DNA from: an uncultured delta proteobacterium
GTDB lineage: Bacteria > Desulfobacterota > Binatia > Binatales > Binataceae
Direction of reading: 5' to 3'
NCBI GenBank assembly: GCA_963808235.1
Contig: CAWEEQ010000004.1
Location: forward strand, 2,944,001 to 3,008,000
DNA length: 64,000 nucleotides
The notes beneath the pieces were generated by a model, which saw only the letters and a list, made by a program, of their open reading frames with translations, was not told where the DNA came from and ran no database searches. A program made the position numbers and the translations under genes. Positions 19,499-29,767 of this stretch are shown here, in pieces (position 1 is the first letter of the stretch; each line of letters begins with the position of its first letter).

Positions 19499-19548
19499 AC
19501 GCCCCGGGCAGTGGGCCGATTGGAAGCCGCCCGGGGCGTTTTCTTTTT
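19499..19548 (+). terminator. intrinsic terminator of the leuA attenuator
   Basis: 11-bp stem ACGCCCCGGGC / GCCCGGGGCGT followed by TTTCTTTTT, between the leader peptide and leuA. Confidence 0.8.
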
Positions 19549-19608
19549 CCGCTCGGGCACTTTCGTCGGCTGGCTTGACCGAGGGCCGCGAAACGAGAGG
19601 TACTGATA

Positions 19609-21195
19609 ATGGCAACCGCAATGGCGAACGCAGAATCGCACCAGAACAATCGCAAGGACGATTACGTCCGAATCTTCGACACCACGCTCCGCGACGGCGA
19701 GCAGTCGCCCGGATGCACGATGAACGTCGAAGAGAAGATCGCTCTCGCCCGCCAGCTCGAACGCCTGAACGTCGATATCATCGAGGCCGGCTTCGCCGCG
19801 TCTTCTCCCGGTGACTTCGAATCGGTGCATCAGGTCGCGCAGGCGGTTAGCGAACCGATCGTGCTGAGCCTCTCGCGCACTCGCGAGGAGGACGTCGATA
19901 GCGCTTTGCGCGCGGTCGACAAGGCGGCGCATCCGGGGATCCACATCTTCATCGCGACCTCGGAAATCCACTTGAAATACAAGCTCAACATGAATCGAGA
20001 GGACGTGCTCGATGCCGCCACCTGGGCGGTCACGCGCGCCAAGAAGCATCTCGACTACATCGAGTTCTCCTGCGAAGACGCCTCGCGATCCGACTGGGAT
20101 TATATGGTTGACGTTTGCAGCGAAGTAATTCGCGCTGGCGCAACCGTAATCAATCTGCCTGATACCACCGGCCATTCGATTCCGGAAGAATTCGGCCGCA
20201 TGTTCGCGTACATGCAGAAAAAAGTTCCCGGCGCCGACAAAGTCATCTGGAGCGCGCATTGCCACAACGATCTCGGCCTCGCGGTTGCCAATTCGCTGGC
20301 TGCGGTTCGCAATGGCGCGCGCCAGATCGAATGCACGGTAAATGGAATCGGTGAGCGCGCGGGCAACTGTTCGCTGGAAGAAGTCGTGATGGCCATGAAG
20401 ACTCGTTACGACCTGATGGGCGTGCAGTCACGCATCAACACGACGCAGATCTACCCGGCCTCGCGCCTCCTGTCGCAGGTGATCGGACAGCCGGTGCCCG
20501 CCAACAAGCCGATCGTCGGCGACAATGCGTTCGCGCACGAGGCCGGAATCCATCAGGACGGCGTGCTGAAGTACAAGCTCAATTACGAAATCATGAAACC
20601 CGAAGACATCGGGATTCCTTCGAACAAACTCGTGATGGGCAAGCATTCGGGGCGCCACGCGTTCGTGAATCGGCTGAAGGAACTCGGCGTCGATACCGAA
20701 GGCCTCGACGTCAACAAGGCGTTCGCCGAGTTCAAAACGCTCTGCGACAAAAAGAAAATCGTCTACGACGACGACATCCTGGCGCTGATCACCGAGGAAG
20801 CGCGCCGCACTGTCGATCACTTCGAGCTGGTCGATCTGAAAGTCGCCTCGTCGAGCAGCGCGACGCCGCATGCCGAAGTCACGATGCGCGTCGAAGGAAA
20901 AGAGTGCTCGGCGGACGGCGACGGCGACGGGATGGTCGATGCGTGCTACAAGGCGATCTACAAAATCGCCGGAATCAATCCGGCGCTCGAGCGCTATGCG
21001 GTCAAGGCGATCACCGGCGGCACTGACGCGCTCGGCGAAGTGAGCTGCATGATTCGCGAGAACGGCGTGACCGTGGCCGGACAGGGAGCGCATAGTGACA
21101 TCGTGATGGCGAGCGCGCTCGCGCTGGTCAACGCGCTCAACCGGCTGAAGGCGCGCAAGGTCGTACCCTTGAAGCCGACTACCGATGTTCCGTGA
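19609..21195 (+). CDS. leuA: 2-isopropylmalate synthase
   Basis: IFDTTLRDGEQSPG, HCHNDLGLA, GIGERAGN, HEAGIHQDG and the regulatory C-domain. Confidence 0.97.
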   Translation: MATAMANAESHQNNRKDDYVRIFDTTLRDGEQSPGCTMNVEEKIALARQLERLNVDIIEAGFAASSPGDFESVHQVAQAVSEPIVLSLSRTREEDVDSALRAVDKAAHPGIHIFIATSEIHLKYKLNMNREDVLDAATWAVTRAKKHLDYIEFSCEDASRSDWDYMVDVCSEVIRAGATVINLPDTTGHSIPEEFGRMFAYMQKKVPGADKVIWSAHCHNDLGLAVANSLAAVRNGARQIECTVNGIGERAGNCSLEEVVMAMKTRYDLMGVQSRINTTQIYPASRLLSQVIGQPVPANKPIVGDNAFAHEAGIHQDGVLKYKLNYEIMKPEDIGIPSNKLVMGKHSGRHAFVNRLKELGVDTEGLDVNKAFAEFKTLCDKKKIVYDDDILALITEEARRTVDHFELVDLKVASSSSATPHAEVTMRVEGKECSADGDGDGMVDACYKAIYKIAGINPALERYAVKAITGGTDALGEVSCMIRENGVTVAGQGAHSDIVMASALALVNALNRLKARKVVPLKPTTDVP

Positions 21196-21472
21196 ACCGG
21201 TATTCCATGCAATGATCGATGGGGCTTGCCGCGAAATCTCAACTGGGCTAAGTGCTTGGTAGGCTTGAGTTTGAATTTGAATTGGCTCTTCACTTTGCGC
21301 CACTGGCGACTTGATGCGGACCTCGCCGCCCAGGCGGGGTTTGCCTCAACGTCAACCCATCGACTCACTCAACTATCTTCGCGACTAATCGTCGAGGCGA
21401 TTCACTGACGGGTTGAACTGCTCACCACGTTCTTCCCGACTGCTCACGTGAGGCGCCGCCGCGCGCTTTGGC

Positions 21473-22582
21473 ATGGCCTACAAAATTCTAGTTCTCAAAG
21501 GTGACGGCATCGGCCCAGAGGTCGTCGGCGAGGCTCTGCAGATTCTCAAGATCATCGCGCGGCTCTCCGCGGTCGATCTGGAGTTCAAGGAAGGCATGAT
21601 CGGCGGTCATGCGCTCGACACCGCGGGCACGCCGCTGCCCGACGAAGTCGTCAAACACGCGCAGGATAGCGATGCGATTCTGCTCGGCGCCGTCGGCGGA
21701 CCCAAGTGGGACAATCCCAACGCCGAGCAACGGCCCGAGCAGGCGCTGCTCGGACTGCGCAAACTGCTCGGCCTGTTCGCGAACGTGCGCCCGGTCAAAA
21801 CCGTCAAAGAAGTGATGGCGGCATCGCCGCTCAAAGCCGAAGTGCTGAACGGCGTCGACGTGGTTATCATTCGCGAGCTGACCGGCGGCATCTACTATGG
21901 CAAGCCGAGCGAAAAACGCGCGGGCAAGGACGGGCGGGAGGCGGTCGATACCTGCTTCTACACCGAAGCCGAGATCACCCGCGTGCTGAAGTTCGGTTTC
22001 GAGATGGCGCGCGATCGACGCAAGAAACTTACCTCCGTCGACAAGGCCAACGTGCTCGCGTCATCGCGGCTATGGCGCGAAATCGCAACCGAGCTGAGCG
22101 CGCAGTTCAAGGACGTCGCGTTCGAAAATCAACTGGTCGACTCCATGGCGATGCATCTGATCCGTCGCCCCAAGGACTTCGACGTCGTCGTCACGGAAAA
22201 TATGTTCGGCGACATTCTCACCGATGAAGCGTCGGTGCTGGCCGGCTCGATGGGCCTGCTGCCGTCGGCTTCGCTCGGCGAGGAACTCAACAGCGCCGGC
22301 TACCGGGTTGGATTGTACGAGCCGATTCATGGCAGCGCGCCGGATATAGCGGGCCGCGACGAAGCGAATCCGCTCGCGGCAATATTGTCGGCGGCGATGC
22401 TGCTGGAGCATTCGCTCGGCATGCGCTCCGAGGCGGAGCTTATCGCCAATGCGGTCGATTCGGTGCTGCGCGACGGCTATCGAACTCGCGACCTTCACGG
22501 CGGCGCCGGAACCCAGACCATCGGATGCAAGGCGATGGGCCGGCTGGTGCGCGAAAAGCTCGAAAGCACAGAGGGAGAATGA
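21473..22582 (+). CDS. leuB: 3-isopropylmalate dehydrogenase
   Basis: GDGIGPEV, RELTGGIY, NMFGDILTDEA, EPIHGSAPDIAG. Confidence 0.97.
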   Translation: MAYKILVLKGDGIGPEVVGEALQILKIIARLSAVDLEFKEGMIGGHALDTAGTPLPDEVVKHAQDSDAILLGAVGGPKWDNPNAEQRPEQALLGLRKLLGLFANVRPVKTVKEVMAASPLKAEVLNGVDVVIIRELTGGIYYGKPSEKRAGKDGREAVDTCFYTEAEITRVLKFGFEMARDRRKKLTSVDKANVLASSRLWREIATELSAQFKDVAFENQLVDSMAMHLIRRPKDFDVVVTENMFGDILTDEASVLAGSMGLLPSASLGEELNSAGYRVGLYEPIHGSAPDIAGRDEANPLAAILSAAMLLEHSLGMRSEAELIANAVDSVLRDGYRTRDLHGGAGTQTIGCKAMGRLVREKLESTEGE

Positions 22583-23553
22583 GCATCTCGCGCGAGCCGA
22601 GAGTGGCGGTTGTGGGCGCCACCGGCGCGGTCGGGAACCAGCTTATCGAACTGATCGCGGCGCGCGGCTTCCAGTTGAGCGAGCTGAAACTGTTCGCGAC
22701 TGAATCGGGCGCGATGCAGACCCTCGACGCGGCCGGCGAGGAGCGCCTGGTAGAAGCGCTCGAAAATCCCGACGGTCTGCGCGAGTTCGACCTCGCTTTT
22801 CTCGCGATTCCCGCCCCGCGGGCCGCTGAAATTGTGGCCGCGCGGCCGGGGCCGCGATTGATCGATCTCAGCGGAGCGGGCCAGGCGCATCCAACTGTTC
22901 CGATGGTCGCGCCCGGACTAACTTCGCGCGAGGCCCTCGCGCGGTTACGCGACGCGATGGTCTTCACAACGCCGCATCCTATGGCGCACGTTCTCGCCAC
23001 CTGCCTCAAGGCGTTAGGCCCGACGACGGGCTTCGTCGCGGCCACCGCGATGCTTGGGGCGAGCGCCGGCGGCATGGACATGCTCACCGCTACCGTCGAT
23101 CAGACGACCGATCTGTTGAGCGCGCGGCTCGAACTCGACGACGAAGAGGTTCAGCGCGGCTTCAACGTGTTCGTGCGCGAGCACGAGCGCTCGGTAGCCG
23201 GCGCGATCGAGGCGCAAGTCTCGGCGCTGCTGGAAAATCCTCCAGTGCTGTCGGTGCAGGCCGTCGCGATCCCGGTGCTGCACGGCTCCGCGCTGACCAT
23301 CGACATCGAGACGACGGGCAACGGCCGCGACGCTCGCGAACTGTTGCGCGCTGCACCCGGCCTTCTGGTCGTCGAAGAAGGCGAACCGCTGGGAGTGATC
23401 GACGCGGTCGGCCAGGAAGCGATCATCGTCAGCGTCGAGACACGGCCCAAATCAATTTCATTGTGGTGCGTGTTCGACAACACCCGGCTGGCCGCTCTGG
23501 GCGCTCTCTGGATCGCGGAGGCGCTCGCGCCAACCTCGCCCACACTCGCCTGA
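22579..23553 (+). CDS. Asd-like (USG-type) protein lacking the catalytic Cys
   Basis: VAVVGATGAVG Rossmann motif and LWCVFDNTR. The Asd NPNC motif is replaced by TPHP. Located before truA. Confidence 0.8.
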   Translation: MSISREPRVAVVGATGAVGNQLIELIAARGFQLSELKLFATESGAMQTLDAAGEERLVEALENPDGLREFDLAFLAIPAPRAAEIVAARPGPRLIDLSGAGQAHPTVPMVAPGLTSREALARLRDAMVFTTPHPMAHVLATCLKALGPTTGFVAATAMLGASAGGMDMLTATVDQTTDLLSARLELDDEEVQRGFNVFVREHERSVAGAIEAQVSALLENPPVLSVQAVAIPVLHGSALTIDIETTGNGRDARELLRAAPGLLVVEEGEPLGVIDAVGQEAIIVSVETRPKSISLWCVFDNTRLAALGALWIAEALAPTSPTLA

Positions 23554-23562
23554 ACCGGCCCG

Positions 23563-24294
23563 ATGGTTCTCAAGCTCACGCTCGAGTACGACGGCAGCAA
23601 CTATTCGGGATGGCAGCTTCAGCCGCGTCACGACTCAATTCAAGGTCGAATCGAAGCCGCGCTCGAGAAGATATTCGCGGCACCGGTACGAGTGTTTGGC
23701 GCAGGCCGCACCGACGCCGGAGTTCACGCCCGCGGGCAGGTCGCCTCGATGACGATTCCACGCCCCTTCGATCCGAACGAATTGCGTCGCGCGCTGAACG
23801 CGATGCTCCCGGCCGATATCGTCGTGCGCGATCTTGTCGCTGCGCCCGATAGTTTCGATCCGCGCCACGACGCGCGCTCGCGCGTGTACGAATATCGGGT
23901 GCTCAACCGCAAGGTCGCGTCCGCATTCGAATATCGTTACAGCTGGCTGGTCCGCGATGAGTTGGATCTTGCCGCTATGAACGAAAGCGCCCAGGTGTTT
24001 GTCGGCGAACATGATTTCGCCGCATTCCGCTCACTCGGCTCGGAAGTGAAGTCCACTGTCCGCCGCGTGATCGCGAGCGGATGGACGCGCGACGCGGATG
24101 TGCTCACTTACGTTATCGAAGCGAACAGTTTTCTGCGCCACATGGTGCGCGCGATGGTCGCGGCGATGGTCGATGCGGGACGCGGACGGCTCGACGCCGC
24201 TGAAATCGCAATCATTCTCGAAGGACGAGACCGTCACGCGGCGCCCGCCAACGCGCCTCCGGGCGGTCTCTACCTGGTCGAGGTGCGTTACTGA
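23563..24294 (+). CDS. truA: tRNA pseudouridine(38-40) synthase
   Basis: EYDGSNYSGWQ, AGRTDAGVHA, GEHDFAAF, FLRHMVR. Confidence 0.97.
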   Translation: MVLKLTLEYDGSNYSGWQLQPRHDSIQGRIEAALEKIFAAPVRVFGAGRTDAGVHARGQVASMTIPRPFDPNELRRALNAMLPADIVVRDLVAAPDSFDPRHDARSRVYEYRVLNRKVASAFEYRYSWLVRDELDLAAMNESAQVFVGEHDFAAFRSLGSEVKSTVRRVIASGWTRDADVLTYVIEANSFLRHMVRAMVAAMVDAGRGRLDAAEIAIILEGRDRHAAPANAPPGGLYLVEVRY

Positions 24295-24534
24295 ATTCGA
24301 ACTTCGGTCAGATATTCACATTATCGAAGTCTGCTCCTGACGCGCGAATCGCGTCGGTCGGCTCCGAAAGAGCGCTTGAACCCCTTGGGGGCCAAGGCTC
24401 CGCGAGGTTGCCTGTGCAGAAATCATCACGATCCCTAGAAAAAGTAGCGATTTTTTGACCGCGCGCACTTGAAATTCGTGCGCCACTGGTTCACGCTCTC
24501 TGCAACCCGGAAACCGGGAACGCTAAGGAGGCGG

Positions 24535-24819
24535 ATGATGACGCAGTCGCAAGTGGCATCTTATATGGCCGAGAAAATCGGTCTCACCAAGAAGCAGGCC
24601 AAGACCGTGCTCGAAGAATTGAACGCGCTAGTCGTGCGCGAACTCAAGAAGGAAGGATCGCTGCGCCTGGCCGGGCTCGGCATCTTCCGCAAGCGCAAGA
24701 CCAAGGCGCGGATGGGTCGCAATCCGGCGACCGGACAGGAGATCAAGATACCGGCGCGCACTCGGCTTCGCTTCACGGCGGCCAAGGCGCTTAAGGACTC
24801 CGTCCTCGGCACGAAATAA
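24535..24819 (+). CDS. HU-family DNA-binding protein
   Basis: GLGIF...ARMGRNPATGQEIKIPA...KALKD; AAGGAGG RBS. Confidence 0.93.
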   Translation: MMTQSQVASYMAEKIGLTKKQAKTVLEELNALVVRELKKEGSLRLAGLGIFRKRKTKARMGRNPATGQEIKIPARTRLRFTAAKALKDSVLGTK

Positions 24820-24885
24820 CTGGCGCCCGACTTTAGTGACCCGCGGGAACGGACTATGTCCGTATCTCGCGGTTTGCTTTTTGCC

Positions 24886-26268
24886 TCAGTCTTTGCGATC
24901 GCGATCGACGCCCTTGCGGTGCGGCGCGGAGTTGCGTTTTTCTCGTTTTTCACGCGCCCGCGCGAGAAATTCGCGAATCCGGATTTCATATCCACGTTCG
25001 GAAGGCTCGTAGTAAATCTTCTCGCCAAGCTCGTCGGGCAGGTAGCTCTGCGCGACCAGCGCGTCTTCGAAGTCGTGCGGATACCGATAGTCCTTGCCGT
25101 AGCCGAGTCCTTTCATCATCGGGGTCGGCGCGTTGCGCAAATGAAGCGGCACCGGTAGCGCGCCGAGATTCTTCGCATCCTCGCCCGCCTGACGCATCGC
25201 GCGATACGACGCGTTGGACTTCGGCGCGCTCGCCAAGTACGTGACGCCCTGCGCTAACGGAATCACGCCTTCCGGCATCCCGACGAAATCCACCGCTTCC
25301 TTGACCGCGATCGCTACCTGCAAGGCGCGTGGGTCGGCGTTGCCAACATCTTCCGACGCGAAGATCACCATCCGGCGCGCGATGAACAGCGGATCCTCGC
25401 CGGCCTCGACCATCCGCATCATCCAGTAGATCGCCGCGTCGGGATCGCTGCCACGCATGCTCTTGATGAACGCCGAAATTACGTTGTAGTGCTCGTCGCC
25501 GGCGCGATCGTAGAGCAGCGCCTTCTGCTGCGCCGACTCGCGAATATGTTCGGGCGTGATCAGCGTCGCGCCCGCGTTCTGCGCGAACTCGGCTGCGATT
25601 TCCAGAGTGCCGAGCGCGCGGCGCGCATCGCCGCCGGCGTTTCGGATGATCTCGTCGATTGCGCCTACGCCGAGTTTGAGCCCGCTCGCGCCGAGACCAC
25701 GCTCGTTGTCGCTTAGCGCGCGATGCACCAGCGTCGAGATGTTTTCTTCCGAGAGCGGACGCAGCACCAGCAGGCGCATCCGCGAGAGCAGCGCCGAGAT
25801 CACTTCGAACGATGGATTCTCGGTGGTCGCGCCGATCAGCGTGATGAGTCCGCTCTCGACGTGGGGCAGAAAAGCGTCCTGCTGCGCGCGGTTCCATCGG
25901 TGGATTTCGTCGATGAAGACCACCGTGCGCTTGCCCGCGTCGAGATCGCGACGCGCGGCTTCGACCGCCTCGCGCAAGTCGGCAACGCCCGAGGTAACCG
26001 CCGCGAGCTTGCGGAAGACCGCGCCCGACTGTTCGGCCAGCACGATCGCGAGCGTAGTCTTGCCGGTGCCCGGCGGACCCCACAGGATCATCGAGTGCAG
26101 CACGTGCGCCGAGACCATCTGGCTGAGTATCTTGCCGGGCGCCAGCAGATGCTCCTGGCCAACGACCTCGTCGAGCGTACGCGGACGCATCCGATCCGCG
26201 AGCGGCTGGCTAAGCGGAGTGCGTGGTGGAAACAGGCTCTGCGAATGATCGCTTTTGCGCCGTGGCAT
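24886..26268 (-). CDS. rarA: replication-associated recombination protein A
   Basis: PLADRMRP, GPPGTGKTT, FIDEIHR, SAFIKSMRGSD, PKSNA. Confidence 0.96.
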   Translation of the reverse strand: MPRRKSDHSQSLFPPRTPLSQPLADRMRPRTLDEVVGQEHLLAPGKILSQMVSAHVLHSMILWGPPGTGKTTLAIVLAEQSGAVFRKLAAVTSGVADLREAVEAARRDLDAGKRTVVFIDEIHRWNRAQQDAFLPHVESGLITLIGATTENPSFEVISALLSRMRLLVLRPLSEENISTLVHRALSDNERGLGASGLKLGVGAIDEIIRNAGGDARRALGTLEIAAEFAQNAGATLITPEHIRESAQQKALLYDRAGDEHYNVISAFIKSMRGSDPDAAIYWMMRMVEAGEDPLFIARRMVIFASEDVGNADPRALQVAIAVKEAVDFVGMPEGVIPLAQGVTYLASAPKSNASYRAMRQAGEDAKNLGALPVPLHLRNAPTPMMKGLGYGKDYRYPHDFEDALVAQSYLPDELGEKIYYEPSERGYEIRIREFLARAREKREKRNSAPHRKGVDRDRKD

Positions 26269-26398
26269 CAAGCAAAAACGCTAGCACACGGCGTCGGCAG
26301 CATCTAAACCATGCTGCGCCCTTGCAAATTGGTGGCGTTGCGCGCGCGATAGCGGTGATCTAGCTTCAAGGCGGGCTGGACAGGAGCCGGCACCACCT

Positions 26399-27211
26399 AT
26401 GATCGTCGGAATCGATATCGGCGGTTCGACCACAGACGCCGTCATCCTCGAGAACGGCGGCTTGCACGTCGTCACTATCGAGGCCAACGACCCGGTCGCT
26501 GCGGCCGCCGGCGCGCTCGGAAAACTGGTCGCGGATTTCGGAATCAAGCTCGAAGATGTGGAACGCGTCGCCGCCACCGGCGCGGGTTCGCGGGTGCTGA
26601 CCGACTCGCTGCTCGGCAGGCCGGTGGTGAAAGTCAACGAGTTTACCGCGATCGGAATCGGCGGCACTTCGCTCGCCGGCAAGAAAAGCGCACTGGTCGT
26701 ATCGCTGGGCACCGGCACCGCGATCGTCTCGGTCACCGACGACAAAATCGCGCACTTCAGTGGCACCGGCGTGGGCGGCGGCACTCTGCTCGGACTCGCC
26801 AAGCACATGCTCGGCGTCTCGACGATCGAGCGGCTCGAGAAGCTCGCGCGCAAGGGCGATCTGCGGCGAATCGATCTGAGCGTCCGCGATATCGCAGGCG
26901 GCGCGATCGGCGATCTGCCGCCAAACACTACCGCCGCCAACTTCGGCAAGATCAGCGCCGACTCCACGCCCGAGGACAAGGCTCTCGCGATCATGAATAT
27001 GATCGTCGAGTCGATCGGCGTGCTCGCGCTCGCGAGTGCGCGGGCCTGCGGCCAGGAAAATATCGTTCTTACCGGCAAGCTGTCGCGCCTGTTCCGATTC
27101 ATGCAGGAGATGAAACGGCTCGACTTTCCATTCGGGCGCCGCTTCGTGATTCCCGAGCATGCGGATTTCGCAACCGCGATCGGCGCCGCGCGCCACGCGC
27201 GTCAGCAGTAG
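26399..27211 (+). CDS. type II (Fumble/CoaW-like) pantothenate kinase
   Basis: GIDIGGS, TGAG, VNEF, SLGTG, GTGVGGGTLLGL, AANFGK, AIGA. Confidence 0.8.
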   Translation: MIVGIDIGGSTTDAVILENGGLHVVTIEANDPVAAAAGALGKLVADFGIKLEDVERVAATGAGSRVLTDSLLGRPVVKVNEFTAIGIGGTSLAGKKSALVVSLGTGTAIVSVTDDKIAHFSGTGVGGGTLLGLAKHMLGVSTIERLEKLARKGDLRRIDLSVRDIAGGAIGDLPPNTTAANFGKISADSTPEDKALAIMNMIVESIGVLALASARACGQENIVLTGKLSRLFRFMQEMKRLDFPFGRRFVIPEHADFATAIGAARHARQQ

Positions 27212-27228
27212 CCCGCGCCCAATCCACA

Positions 27229-28489
27229 ATGCCATCAGAGTTGCTCAATGGACTTCGCCTCCTCGACCTGACTGACGAGAAAGGCGCGCTGGCGGGAAAA
27301 ATTTTCGCGGACCTCGGCGCTGAAGTTATCAAGGTCGAGCCGCCCGATGGATGCGCGACGCGGCGGATTCCGCCCTACCTCGACGACGTGCGCGACGCCG
27401 AGCATTGTCTTTATTCGCTCGCCTACCACGCCGGGAAAAAATCCATCACCGCAAATCTCGCGAGTCGCCGACGCCCGCGAACTCGTCGCCGGTCTCGCCG
27501 CCCGCTCCGACTTTATCGTCGAGTCGCATCCGGTCGGCTATCTCGAATCGATCGGACTCGGCTACGACGCTCTCGCGCGGAGAAGTCCGCGTCTCATCTA
27601 CACCTCGATCACGCCTTTTGGCGATACCGGTCCCGGCAAAAATTACAACTGGGCCGATATCGTGACCTGGGCTGCGGGCGGAATGATGTACCTGATGGGC
27701 GAGGAGGGGAAGCCGCCGCTCCAGATGAGCCTGCCGCAAGCCGGCCTGCACGCCGGTGCCGAGGCCGCCGTCGCGTCATTGCTCGCGCATTATCCGCGGC
27801 AGATCGACGGACTCGGCAATCGAATCGTCGTGAACATGCAAGCTTGTATCGTATGGACGCTGATGAACGAGCAGGCGATGCCGTTCCTGCACGGCAACCA
27901 TCTCTCGCGCACCGGCGTTTTCGTCGGCTCGGCCGACGCGCGCCGCAAGATGGTTTACGAGTGCAAGGACGGATTCATCTCGACGCTGATCGCCGGCGGC
28001 CCAACTGTCGGCGGCTCGACGCGCGCGCTTATCGGATGGATGGGCGAGCGCGGACCGGTGCCGGAGTGGATGCGAGTCAAAGATTGGCTTTCATGGGTGC
28101 CGGGAGTTTTCATGAAATTGACCGATCAGGACCACAAAGAAATCGCGGAACTTGAGAGCACCATCCAGAGTTTTTTTCTCACCATGAACAAACGTGAAAT
28201 TTATGCGGAGGGATTGAAGCGCCGAATTTTTCTCGCGCCGGTCGCGAACGCCGCCGATATCGCTGCTGACCAACAACTGAAATCCCGCGATTTCTGGGTC
28301 ACCGTGCCGCATGACACGCTCGGCCGCACGCTCACGTTTCCCGGTCCGTTCGCAAAAATGACCGCGACGCCGATCGGCGCGACCACTCGCGCGCCGCGAA
28401 TCGGCGAGCACAACGACGAAATCTATCGCGGGCTGCTCGGCCTCGCGCCCGATCGGATCGCATCGCTCCGCGCCGCGGGTGCAATCTAG
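27229..28489 (+). CDS. class III CoA-transferase (frameshift near 27465)
   Basis: LADLGAEVIKVEP-like motif, SITPFGDTGP, APRIGEHN; split over two ORFs. Confidence 0.88.
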
Positions 28490-28508
28490 CTGTCATGAGA
28501 ACTTTGCG

Positions 28509-29726
28509 ATGAGCCACTTCGCACTGGAAGGAATCCACGTCCTCGATTTCGCCTGGGTCGGCGTCGGTCCGATCACCACCAAGTATCTCGCCGACAATGG
28601 CGCCGAGGTTATTCGGGTCGAGTCCGCCGCGCGCCCGGACGTGCTCAGAATCGGGCCGCCGTGGAAAGACGCTCAGCCCGGAATCAATCGCAGCCAGTTC
28701 TTCGCGAGCTTCAACACTTCGAAAAAGGGAATCACGCTGGATCTGAGCAAACCCAAAGCGCGCGAACTCGTGAAACGGCTGGTGCCGTGGGCCGATATCA
28801 TCGTCGAGAGTTTCACTCCGAAGGCGATGCGCAATTGGGGACTCGACTACGAAAATTTGTGCGCGCTCCGTCCCGACCTGATCATGCTCTCCACTTGCAT
28901 GCAGGGGCAGACCGGCCCCAACGCGCTCTACCCCGGCTTCGGGCAACTGATGGCGGCGCTGTCGGGCTTCTACCACATCTCCGGCTACGGTCCGGGTTCA
29001 TGCGCGCCGCCATACGGAGCGTACTCGGATTTCATCGCGCCGCGTTTTTCGACCTGCGCGCTTCTCGCCGCGCTCGATTATCGCCGCCGCACCGGCAAGG
29101 GGCAGTACATCGACATGTCGCAGTACGAGGCCGCGATGCAGAATCTCGTGCCGGCGCTGGTTGACTATTATGCGAGCGGCCGCGTGCTCGAGCCGCGCGG
29201 CAATGACTCGGACCGCTATGCTCCGCACGGCGCTTATCGATGCGCCGATGAAGACGGCACCGAGCGATGGATCGCGATCGCGGTCGCGGACGACGACAAT
29301 TGGCGCGCGATGCTGACGTCGCTGGGCGCGACTTCGTCCGACGAACGCTTCAGGACAATGCCGGCGCGCATCGAAAACGCGCGTGCGCTCGACGAGTTCG
29401 TGGGCTCGCTCACGCGCAGCCACAACGCGCACGAACTCACTATCCGCTTGCAGGCCGCGGGAATCGCTGCATATCCGGTTCAGAACTGCGTCGATCTTCA
29501 CCAGGACGACAACCTCGAATCGTTCGGCTTCTGGCATTGGCTCGATCACAAGGAGATGGGGGCGTCGCCGTACGAAGGACTGTCGCATCGGATGAGCCGC
29601 ACGCCCGGCACGCTGCGCTCGCCGGCGCCGATCCTCGGCCAGGACAACGACGAGATTTTCCAAAAGATGCTCTCGCTCAGCGCGGAAGAAATCGAGCAGC
29701 TAAAGAAAGAGAACGTGATATTCTGA
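28509..29726 (+). CDS. class III CoA-transferase (CaiB/BaiF)
   Basis: LADNGAEVIRVES, GQTGP, AYSD, GKGQYIDMS, APILGQDN. Confidence 0.92.
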   Translation: MSHFALEGIHVLDFAWVGVGPITTKYLADNGAEVIRVESAARPDVLRIGPPWKDAQPGINRSQFFASFNTSKKGITLDLSKPKARELVKRLVPWADIIVESFTPKAMRNWGLDYENLCALRPDLIMLSTCMQGQTGPNALYPGFGQLMAALSGFYHISGYGPGSCAPPYGAYSDFIAPRFSTCALLAALDYRRRTGKGQYIDMSQYEAAMQNLVPALVDYYASGRVLEPRGNDSDRYAPHGAYRCADEDGTERWIAIAVADDDNWRAMLTSLGATSSDERFRTMPARIENARALDEFVGSLTRSHNAHELTIRLQAAGIAAYPVQNCVDLHQDDNLESFGFWHWLDHKEMGASPYEGLSHRMSRTPGTLRSPAPILGQDNDEIFQKMLSLSAEEIEQLKKENVIF

Positions 29727-29767
29727 GCCGTGAAAAAGGCTTGGCGCTTCGCCTGGCCACCTGATAA

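Noticed and set aside
19279-21281. Composite transposon carrying leuA
   Set aside because: The IS-end-like motifs on either side are oriented away from leuA, are degenerate, and no transposase is adjacent.
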